DNA of 64,000 bases from Lama guanicoe. Lineage: Eukaryota. Position 1 is the stretch's first letter, and every line of letters starts with the position of its first letter. Position numbers and translations under genes: made by a program. The stretch is taken from positions 3,039,854 to 3,103,853 of the forward strand of contig MU053758.1 of assembly GCA_013239625.1 (NCBI GenBank), read 5' to 3'. This document shows, one piece after another, positions 51,188 through 61,548 of the stretch. The notes beneath the pieces are model-generated. The model saw nothing but the letters and a program-made list of their open reading frames with translations, had not been told where the DNA came from and made no database searches.

Positions 51188-51885
51188 TGTTACAGAAAAA
51201 TGGGGTGCAAGAGGATGGCCATGGTCTCAGGTGAGTTCCTGGGATGCACCCCATCAAGTGAGGGTCCTTGGCTTCGTGCAGGAAAGAATTCAAGTGCAAG
51301 CTGTAGCTGAGTAAAAGTAGATTGATCCGGAGAGATGCACACTCCATAGACGGAGTTCAGGGCATCTCAGAAGGCCAGAGAGGCCATGAGGCGTGGGAGG
51401 TGTTTAGTTTAAGTAGAAGTAGATACACATTCCATAGGGAGAGTGTGGGCCGTCTCCGAAGGCGAGATGCAGCTCCAGAGTATGGGGTTGTCTAGGAGAG
51501 GGAGGTCGGCCACGAGGTGCGGGAATGGTTAGTTTTTGTGGGCTCAGTAATTTCACGTGCTAACAAGTGGGAGGATTATTCCAACTACTCTGGGGAAGGG
51601 GAGGGGATTCTCAGGAACTGGGCCACCACCCACTTTTTGGCCCTTTATGGTCAGCCTCAGGACTGTCATGGCACCTTGGGGGTGCCATTTAGCATGCTAA
51701 TATATAACAGTTGGGTGTATAATGAGGTTCAAGGTCTACTGGAAGTCAAATCTGCCATCTTGGGCCTCAAGGTCTACTGGGAGTTGAATCTTCCGCCATC
51801 GTGGTTCTAACCAGTTTTTGTCCAACTCTCAATTGCTGTGTCATTCTTTTAATGGCTGTGCCCTGCCCCCTTCTCTCCTGTCTCA
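51188..51885 (-). mobile_element. ERV1 solo LTR, MER41-like
   Basis: Minus strand runs TGAGACAGGAG...TGTAACA (TG...CA), flanked by a 4-bp TSD AAAG (51184-51187, 51886-51889); motifs AAGATGGC, GCCATGACAG, AATAATCCTCCCACTTGTTAGCA and GAATTCTTTCCTGCACGAAGCCAAGGACCCTC occur in MER41 order. Confidence 0.85.
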
Positions 51886-52609
51886 AAAGCAGAGTTCTGA
51901 GATGGGAGACCCATAGTAGGTAGAGGCCACCCCATCCTCAAAGAATCCTCAGAATTCCAGGCCAGGAGACTGGAGAAAACAGGAAACTGGTGGTTTACCC
52001 CCCAGGTGCAGACCTCTATGGTGGAGGCTCCTCCTGCATCCCTTGCTGTAGGACACAGTGGGGCCAAGACAGGCAGGAGAGGCTAGCTGGGGTTGGATGG
52101 GAGGGGTGGAAACTAGCGGAACCTGTGCTATCCCTTTCCTTCGGCCAGCTTCTTCTATCAAAATTTGACAGTCTGCATGTCCCATCCCACTCTCTGCCAG
52201 CCAATTGAAAAAGGACCAGTGGTTAATTCGTACTAAGATGTTAATAGCAATAAATGAATCAAAGATATTCACACATAGGAGTGCTGAGAGTTGTTAATGA
52301 CTTTCTGGTTCAGCCAAATTGCCTTCTTACCAATAAAATCCCCCTCCTTGAAGCCGGCTGGGGCTCGGCTGGAGTGCAGATTGGCTACCGGGAGTGGAGG
52401 TCCAAGTTTGGGCTCTGGTCTGGGGTCTGGAACAGGGCCAACCAGGGGACACAAGCCAAGGGGCAGGTGCAGGCAGGACTAGAGCTCTGGCCATCTATGT
52501 GACCATCAGCTGATAGACACAGGGTGAGCCAGATGGCCTTAAAAGTTTAGATCAGACCAGGTGAGACCTTGCGTGTGGCCCACTGCCCACCCCTGCCCCT
52601 TGCTTTTCA

Positions 52610-52950
52610 AAAATTTTTTTAATTTTTAATTTTTATTTTTTTACTGAAGTACAGTTGGTTTATAATGTGTTCATTTTGGGTGCACAGCAAAGTGATTCAA
52701 TTATATAGATACATATATACATTTCTTTTTCAGATCTTTTCCATTCTAGGTTATTTCAAGACATTGAATGTAGTTCCCTGTACTTTATAGTAGGTCCTTG
52801 TCGTTCATCTGTTTTCTATATAGTAGTGTGTATATGTTAAACCCAAAATTTATTTTATTTTTCGGTTGGAGGTACTGGGGGTTGAACCCAGGACCTCGTG
52901 CTTGTTAAGCATGTGCTCTACCCCTGAGCTGTTATCTACCCCCACCCCCT
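52610..52950 (-). mobile_element. L1 3' end followed by camelid SINE (~52846-52950)
   Basis: tactgaagtacagttggtttataatg...tagttccctg; then ggaggtactgggggttgaacccaggacctc...ctgagctg. Confidence 0.85.
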
Positions 52951-54113
52951 TGCTTCTGGAAGAGCAAGGTCTGGAAGGTAGAAGGAGGTGGGGTGAGAGG
53001 CAGGAGAGGGCCTGCAGCTTCTTCATGCCTAGGAGGGGGGTGTTGTATCCTGCGCATTTTCACCAGGGGCGCTAGGACCCTCTGAGTTTCTGACCATGTC
53101 AACCTTATCTGACTCGGCTGCAAGAGGTGGGCAGTGGTGACTCGGGGTGGTGGGGGGTGCTGGCTGCAGCCTCTCTTGGCCATAGCGCAGCAGCTCTTTG
53201 GGCAGAACATAGCTCCTAGGAGGCCTAGGCCTGGGCTGAGGAATCAACTAGGGATCTTGTCAAATGGTGGCCTTGATTTCTAAGGTCTGGGGCCTAAGTG
53301 TCTGCGTTTCCTATAAGCTCCCAGGTGCTTGTGGTGCTGCTGGTTCAGAGCCATGCTTGAACAGTGAGGGCGGATAACTGGGAGTCGGGGGCTAAGGACT
53401 CTCCAGGCTTTAGGTATGTCCCTAAGGAGCTGGGCTGGGACCTCCGGTGTCCCTTCAGGCTCTGACAACATGCATTTCCAAGACCACATGTTAGTGGGCG
53501 GCCTGAGTGCTGAATTCGTCCACTCAGCTGTTCCTCTGGGTGCTGTCCCGGGTGGGCAGGAAAAAGTGTCTGCCTTCAGTGGTGATGTGTAATAAGGACA
53601 GTTACCCTGAGACCCCATCACTGAGACCTCAGCCCCGACGAATGGCAGAATCTGGCCCCGAGATATTTTTGAGGCCTGTGGAAGCCTGGGTTAAGAGAAA
53701 GTGCAGGGATGAGAGACATTTGTTGATTTAGCAAACATATCCACCCAGGATCTCTCGGGTGTTGAAGCTCCGATGAATCCCTTTGTCGGAGCCCCGTATA
53801 GTGCCAGAGCTGGGGGTTCTGCAGGGACCTGGCTCACGGCAGGAGGTTATCGTCCCTGCAGGAAAGCAGACACCTCGCAGAGACTCATGTCACAAGCAGA
53901 CACCTCACAGAGACTCAGATCGAATTAGGGGCGCCGTCCCTGCCCCCGCCCCCCCAGCAGGGGAGGCCTGTCAGATCAGTCAGGTGCCCAACCGAGGGCT
54001 CCTGGAACTCAGGCCTCCCACTGCAGCTAAACACTGAGCTTTGTACCCCAGGAAGCCTCTCCCTCTCTCTCTCAGGGCTGGGTTCCTGTCAAGGAGACAG
54101 AGAAAGTTTCCAT

Positions 54114-54120
54114 TGTGCGT

Positions 54121-54154
<34 letters not shown>
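54114..54154. repeat. (TGTGCG)n(TG)n alternating purine-pyrimidine tract
   Basis: About 40 nt of strictly alternating sequence; Z-DNA-prone composition. Confidence 0.9.
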
Positions 54155-54155
<1 letters not shown>

Positions 54156-55033
54156 CCGCCCACGTGGACGTGCCCTATTATCTTTTCCCTTTTGTAGAAA
54201 ATCAGGTCAGTGGTTTGACTGCTGTCGCTAACCGCACGGCGCAGTGGGGAAGCAGCCCGAGCTGCCGCGGCCTCAGCGAGCGCTGACAGATGAGGGCAGG
54301 AGGGTGAGGGCTGGGGTCTGGGGCCATCAGGCCCCCCATTGCGTGGGTCTCCACGCCACGGGTTCCCTGGAAAGCAGCCGCCGACCTGCGGACAGGAAGT
54401 CGCCGGCCACATCCCTGCTTCCCTGTCAGTGTTGCTCTCCTACTCCTGACGGCCTCGGCCACCTGCCAGGTCTGAAGCCTCCCCGGTGGACGCTGTTGAG
54501 TCATCAGGAATGGGGTCCGAGTGGCCTGGCTTGTGGCTGGGGGCTCCGCAGGGGTGGGTGGGAAGTGTGGGGCCTGAGGTTAAGCCGGGTGGGGTGGAAC
54601 TCTCCCCGCAGGTAATAATAACAACAACAACAAGGGCTCTGGGCGCGGAGCACTTTCACACCAGTTTCGTCACCTCGCCCACAACACATCCTTGGAAGGG
54701 GAGAGAGTGGGTGATATTGTTATGCCCCAGGCTGCTGGTGAGGATGCTCAGAGTGAGAGTGAGGTCAAGAGCCTAGTTCAAAGGCATCAAGCTACCCTGG
54801 GGGCCCCGAGAGAGAACTTTCCCCGTTGCCCTTGCAGGTGGTAGGAGGCAGAGCACAGCCATCCATCCGAGCCGGCCAGGCTGGGCTCTCTTGCAGGCTG
54901 CGGCCAAAGCGCTGGTCAGAACTGCTGTCATCTCAGGGCTCGACTGGGGCAGGACCTGCCTCCCCAGGCCCGAGGTCTGAATGGGATGGGGGACAGAGAG
55001 CAGAGTATCTTCCAGGAAGGGCAGCCCCCCCCC

Positions 55034-56148
55034 CATCCTGCACAAGTTAACCGTTGCCTTGTCTACTGATCTGCCCCACTCTCCTGCTCCCCAGGCCCTC
55101 CTTCTCTGCTCTGCTTTTGCCTCTGTGGCTGTTTCCTCAGAGGCTCAAACAATAGAGGCTGATGATCCAACTGCTAAGAGCACAACCTCCCCTCCCCCTG
55201 CAGCCAGAAATCATCTGTTACTGATCGCTGGGGCGCAGGCTGCCAGACTGAGACCTTTCTCTTCCCTCCTACTTCTTACTGGAAATGAGTCCCCCCCCCA
55301 ACCCCCTATCCTGCCCTGGGCCTCCCTTGGGAAGGTTCAAGGACTCATCTCTGGCTTTGCCTGCTCTGGGAGGCCCTCTGCAGTGGGGTGGTGGGTGGGG
55401 GACTGGCGCCCACGGCCTCTGGAGGCCCTTCTGGCGGAGGGGGGAGACTTGTCATGACCTTTCGGGGTCAGCTCAGCTGCCCTGCACTGGATGCAAACTT
55501 GGAGGAGCAGCTCACCATGAGGTTACGATGCTGACGCTGCACAGACCGTGCTGGAAATTACAGAGTGCCTTAGAGGGAGAAACACACGGGACATCCTGCA
55601 CAAGTTAACCGTTGCCTTGTCTACTGATCTGCCCCACTCTCCTGCTCCCCAGGCCCTCCTTCTCTGCTCTGCTTTTGCCTCTGTGGCTGTTTCCTCAGAG
55701 GCTCAAACAATAGAGGCTGATGATCCAACTGCTAAGAGCACAACCTCCCCTCCCCCTGCAGCCAGAAATCATCTGTTACTGATCGCTGGGGCGCAGGCTG
55801 CCAGACTGAGACCTTTCTCTTCCCTCCTACTTCTTACTGGAAATGAGTCCCCCCCCCAACCCCCTATCCTGCCCTGGGCCTCCCTTGGGAAGGTTCAAGG
55901 ACTCATCTCTGGCTTTGCCTGCTCTGGGAGGCCCTCTGCAGTGGGGTGGTGGGTGGGGGACTGGCGCCCACGGCCTCTGGAGGCCCTTCTGGCGGAGGGG
56001 GGAGACTTGTCATGACCTTTCGGGGTCAGCTCAGCTGCCCTGCACTGGATGCAAACTTGGAGGAGCAGCTCACCATGAGGTTACGATGCTGACGCTGCAC
56101 AGACCGTGCTGGAAATTACAGAGTGCCTTAGAGGGAGAAACACACGGG
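55034..56148 (+). repeat. 557-bp tandem duplication (55034-55590, 55592-56148)
   Basis: Both copies run catcctgcacaagttaacc...gagaaacacacggg, separated by a single A; the ORF track gives identical translations in two frames. Confidence 0.97.
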
Positions 56149-57972
56149 GGTTTCAGTTCCCATGGAAACGGCATCTATTTGCAGAGGAGCCCTTGTGTGT
56201 CAGTGCTGGATGGTTCTAACCTGGTGCTTGGGTGGGGCGGAGGTGAGTGTTGGAGGTCAGGATCATCTGTTTACTGCCTGGGACTCTCCCTGGATGGACG
56301 GCAAGTCTGAAAGGGCGCCCTTACCTTTGGCCTTGACCAACACTCTTCCCACAGTTGGGGCCCATCGGCCCCTGGGCATATCTCTGCAATGCAGGGGTTT
56401 TTGGGTAGATTTAAAACTTATGAGTCAAAGGTGTGGGAAGACCCCACATTTGACATTTACACATTGATTCCACAAATGTTTTTGACCTATTCTGTGCCAG
56501 GCACTGTGCTAGGGCAACCAAGTAGGAGTTGGTATGTACCCGCTAAGTTTGGTGGTTGAGGCCTCCTTTCCTGGAAGGAACTGTGGTCAGAAAGAGGCAC
56601 AGCGGGGACCTGTGGGGACCACAAGATATCGGCGCACACAGGTCAGTGATGCCACTCCCCTCACTCTGCAGCCAAATTGAGTGACTTCTGTCGTCCTGGG
56701 TCGTGGGACCTAACTCCTACATCTCTGGGGGAAAAATTACCCTTAAATGGTTCAGGGAGGCACTCACGCCTTGAGAATGATTGTCATGGGGAGAGTGTTT
56801 ATCTGTGCCCTCCCCAAAGACTGATGTCTAGGCTGGAGGCCTTCTTGTCTAGTCACCACCAAGACGAGGCCCTTGTGTTAATTTCCCAGTTTTGCATCAT
56901 TAAACGAACCAATTAAAAAAAAGAGTTTTTATTTTCATATCAATTTAGAGCCACAAAAGAGCTCCTACATCCACTATCTCCTTCAGTGTGATTCTCCCAA
57001 CAGCATTAGGGAAGTTGTGAGGACACCATGGCGCCCATTTTCAGATAGGGAAACTGAGCCTTGGGAGGAGAAGGGACTTGTTGGGGGTGGCCCAGAGGGT
57101 TAATGGTGAAGCTGGTATGGGAATTGGGTGCCAGATGCTTTGCTTTGCTCCCTCCTCCCTGTCGAGGGGGCCTCTAATGCCAGACCCCTACTCTGGCTGT
57201 CTTCCGACCCGCCTTGGGGGTGGGAGCTTTCCATGTGCTGGAGAGACAGGGTGGTGGGGAAGGACCACTCTGCCTCTGGTCTCATAGGGGCTGCAGTAGA
57301 TTCAGAAGATCGCAGGCCCACGAGACTCTGCTGCTCACCCATGTCATCATCGCCTCCATTTCCTTCTCAGTAAATCAGGGAGTGTAGGGGGAGGCGGGAT
57401 TCTGAATTCCAGTGAAATCAAGGTTCTTGTGGGTGACCACGTGGGTGGCTTTTCCTCTCTCTCCCCTTGGGTGGCTGTAAAGGAGACAGGGCAGGATGGC
57501 ACGGCAGACTCCCCTTAGAGCTGATCTATGTCCCGATTAACTCCTTAGTGTCTGGTACCACCTAACAGATTGTTGGGCCCACGGTGAAGCGGCAGAGCCT
57601 GGAACAGTTTTAAATAGGGAAGATTAGTTTTGAGGGCAGAAAGGAGAAGAGGAAGAAAAAGTTTCAGGCCTGGGGGTCCTCTTGGCCTGCGAGGGGCGAT
57701 GAGTGAGATCAAAAGGAGCCTTGGATTCCTGATGGTCCCTGAGGGGATGGCGGGTGATGGACTGTGTCCCCCCGTCTGACATCGGCAACTGGACAGGAAG
57801 GGAGGGGTCGGGCCTTGCAAGGCCTGACAAGGAGACAAGATGTCTATCCCCGGGGAGAAGTGAGGCCATAGTGTCCATGCGTACCTACAACCCTGCAATG
57901 GGGACACGAGGAGGGGCTGAGGCTGGGAAGTTAGGTGCCCAGCTGCCCAAGGCCCTGTAGCTAGTAAGAAGC

Positions 57973-58098
57973 AGGGGTGGTGGGGAGGGTCTAGCTCAGC
58001 AGCAGAGCGCATGCCTAGCACACACAAGGTCCTGGGGATTGACCCCTCATTAAAAATAAATAAACCTAATTACCTCCGCCTCCTCCAAACAAGACAAT
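57973..58098 (+). mobile_element. Camelid tRNA-Ala SINE, long form
   Basis: gggtctagctcagcagcagagcgcatgcctagca...aaataaataaacctaattacctcc; TSD aagaagcag. Confidence 0.85.
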
Positions 58099-58638
58099 GG
58101 AAGAAGCAGAGGTGGAGAAGTCTGCCTCTTTCTTTGGGGCCGGTGTTTTTGGGGAAGGACAGAGTTTGGTCACAGCTGCTGGTCCCAGGCCAATGAGCGA
58201 AGCCACCAGCTGGAGGTGTTGGGGATGTTGTGGGGGTGGCTAGAAGGAAAGAGTCTGTTTTCCGTGGTGCTTTGTCTGCTGTCCCCAGCGTTAAGGTGAT
58301 CGAACTGTGCCCACTGGCTGTGGGTGAGAGTGTGTGTGAGTGTCACTCGTGAGTGTCCACAGCCCCCTGGCTCACGTGTGTGCCCCACAGTGCGTGTGCA
58401 TGAGGGGTGAGGGGACTCTTGCTGTACGTGGAGGTGTGTGCACATGTCTGGGCTTCCGCGTGTGTGTGCAGTGTGTGTACTCTCTGACAGAAATGTCTGT
58501 GTGCTGCTTAAACACTTGGTGAACGCATGTACTTGTGAACGCATCCACACCAGCGGGACCGGCCACCGAACTTGCAAGGCCCAGCCCAAAATGAGAATGC
58601 TGGGGCTCTTGCTCAAAATTTATTGAGATTTTCAAGAC

Positions 58639-58743
58639 AGGGGTGGGGGTGGGGGGTATAGCTCAGCGGTAGAATGCGTGCTTGGTGTGCACGAGGTCCA
58701 GGGTTCAATCCCCAGGGCCTCCATTAAGGGAGGGGGAAAAAAA
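58639..58743 (+). mobile_element. Camelid tRNA-Ala SINE, short form
   Basis: gggggtatagctcagcggtag...ggttcaatccccagggcctcca; TSD-like tttcaag. Confidence 0.88.
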
Positions 58744-61258
58744 GAATTTCAAGGTGGAGACAGCTGAGCATTAAATCAGGTGTGGGCCCTTCTGGGTGCA
58801 AGCCTGTGTGACTGCACACGTCTCCATGGAGCCAGCTGTGCATATGAGTGAGTGGGCTGCGTGCATGTGTGTGTCTCGGGGGCGGGGGGCTGGGCATGAA
58901 ATCTGAGTTCTTTCTTCACGACCCCCAGGCCAGGCGGCCCCCCCCCCCCCCCCCGCAGCTGCTGGTGTCTCTCAAAAGAAAGGTGTGTTTTATTTTTGGC
59001 GCCTTGGCCGCCTGCTCCCAGAGTGCCCTGGGAGGCTTTTGTTTTACTGCCTTTGTTGGATGGGTGACAGGCACTTCCTTCACCTGCTGCCCCACCAGAA
59101 ACCACAGCGGGGGGTGGGGCGGCTTCCTCGGCCCCTCACCCACTCACTCTGTGCCTCATTTAGGCATCAACAGGCCTGAAGCCCTGCCGGGCTAACCCCA
59201 CCCAGACAAGGTACCTTTGGCACATCAGAGCTGGAAGAGATGGCAGAAATCACGGCTCCCTAGGCTCACAGCTGAGATGGAGGCCCAGAGAGGGGAGGCA
59301 ACCTGTCCTTGTGGCCCAGAGAGCCTGGGGCGGAGCCAGGACACCTGCCTCCTGAGCATACAGCCCTGCAGGCTTGGCCTTTGGAGGAAGCCCTCGGGGG
59401 TGGGGGTGGGGGGAAACAGGGCCTGGAGGAGACAAGGGAGACCGAGGTCTCAGGAAGCAGCAAAAACCTGGCTGCCCGCTTAAGGGGTTACATCCCGGGG
59501 GGGCAGATGGGGCTTTGTCTTTGTTATTTGATTCTCCGTCCTCCCAGGTTGGAGCTCCACATCCAGTGGGTTTTAAGAAATGTTGGCTGTACCTAGCACA
59601 ATGGCTGGTACAAAGCAGGGGCTCTCTCTATATTTAGTAGTGAATAAACAGCTATTTAGTTGACCTGGGTAGTGGAGTGGCCAGAACGTGGGCTTTGGGG
59701 GCCAGCTGGAACTGGCCGAAATCACTCAGTAGCTTTATCACGTAGTACTTGTGTGACTTTGATAAAGTTACTTAACCTCTCTGAGCCTCAGTTGCTTCTG
59801 TAAAATGGGACTCTAGGAGGGTTGTTGTGAGGATTAAATGGGATGAGAAATGATGCTTAGTACAGTGTGTTGCACATGATAAAATCCTAATAAAGTTTCA
59901 GTGATTCTTGCTAGCTGTGTTATCTCGGGTAAGTTACACAATCTCTCTAAACATCATGTGGTCAGAAGAATCCAGCAGAAGGTGGTACACCTAGCGCAGT
60001 CCTGGCACATCACGAACCCTCAGTAAGTGCGAGCCTGTCTCCCCTCCTAGATTAGGCCCTCCACCCCTTTCTCGGGGTCTCTTTCACCCTGAGGCTCTGT
60101 GTTTCCTGTAGTCCCGTCCAGGACTCTCCCCCTCCACCCGCTGCCACCCAGCTCTGTCTGACTCTCCCAGGGATGAAAGCTCACAAACGCTCAGTGATCT
60201 AGGGCCTCCCCGTCTGTGGGGGTAGGTGGGCAACAGTGGGGGTGGGGTAACTAAGACAGAGGCTGGGGGCAGAGCAGGTGTAGTTCTCGGACGAACATCC
60301 AAGTTCTGCCTTTGACAAGGGATTGGAGGATTCTAAGTGGGTCTAGGCTTGTGTCTTGCTCTGGAAGGTGCAGGCAGAAGGATGCGAATGTGAACCTCCC
60401 AGGCCCTGTCCTTCCTCTGCTCCACTTTCCCTGGACTCCTGGGTCCAGAGGTTGCCAGTAGCACCCCTTGGCAGGTGAACGTCCCTGAGATGGAGGTGAT
60501 CAGAGCTGGCGTGTGGTGGAGAGAGGGGTGAGTGCAGACGCAATGCCGGTTTCTGGGGAGTCAGCTGTCTGGAAGGACACCAAAGCTTCCGGGCAAGGGG
60601 CAGAGCTGGGGCCGCTGTGGGTGACCACGCCCTCCCCCCCCCCCCCCCCCCAGAATGCACCGCTTAGCATTTGCATGTGATCATGTTCCTCCCCAGCACT
60701 GAATGCAGTCTGCATAAACCATACAAGATAAATGCGCACACGTTCCCAGGACTCTTTTTTTAAACATTGGGAAAGAGTTTGGGGGCATTTCATCGGCAGC
60801 ATCTGTTGAACTTCACAGTGTCAGATATTTACTTAGAGCAGTGATAAAACTCTTCTGTCTTAAGCCAGCTCTGACACAGGCACAAGGGCACTCTGGGGCA
60901 AGGCGTGTTTCCTCACCTGCCCTCTTACCCCCAGGATGTCTGACCTCGGGTCCCACCGCGCCGAGAAGGAATGGGGACTGTCAGAGCCAGGCAAAGCCCA
61001 TCCCTGCCCGGCCCTGCAGGAGATGTTTATTTATCCAGAGATGAGAACCTGGAGGCCAAACTGTTTCGTGGGTACTGTGACACATAGAACAGCCCGGCGA
61101 GCGGATTTCTTGGAGCTGGTGAACCAAAGATAAAAGTCAGGTTATATGCACCTTTCAAGGGACTGTGGGAGGGAAAGAACTGACAGCTGCTGGGATGTTT
61201 GGATTGGATCACACACACACAGGCGCCCGTGGGAGAATTCACATCCCCTCATTTCTGA

Positions 61259-61344
61259 CGGTTTTTTTAAGTGGAGGTCTTGGGGATTGAACCCAGGACC
61301 GTGTGCATGCTAGGCATACTACTGAGCTATACCTTCCCGCCTTG
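61259..61344 (-). mobile_element. Camelid tRNA-Ala SINE, short form
   Basis: Perfect 15-bp TSD tcccctcatttctga (61244-61258, 61345-61359). Confidence 0.92.
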
Positions 61345-61527
61345 TCCCCTCATTTCTGATTTTGGATGAGATAATTTGAGATTTACTAGTTAGCCTAGAG
61401 CTGCTCTGGCTGGTGAGCAGGAGCTGTGGGTTTCTGCAGCAGATCCCTTGTCTGTGTCTCTTTCTGGGCCCCAGACAAGACACATGATGAGGGAGTGGGC
61501 TGTGGTGGTAGTGGTCTGGGGTTGGGC

Positions 61528-61548
61528 TGTGTGTGTGTGTGTGTGTGT
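61528..61548. repeat. (TG)n microsatellite
   Basis: Perfect TG run. Confidence 0.9.

Noticed and set aside
53058..53075. CTCF-like CACCAGGGGCGCTA
   Set aside because: One base short in the core relative to the consensus spacing
54981..56310. Pair of paralogous ~155-aa ORFs
   Set aside because: Their identity simply reflects the DNA tandem duplication; no true ATG start and no protein-like features
58651..58723. tRNA-Ala genes (this and the other tRNA-like copies)
   Set aside because: Mutated anticodon or stem positions, A-rich tails and TSDs show they are SINEs
58937..60651. Long poly-C runs (~58937-58954, ~60634-60651)
   Set aside because: Simple homopolymers whose lengths are error-prone; no further structure seen
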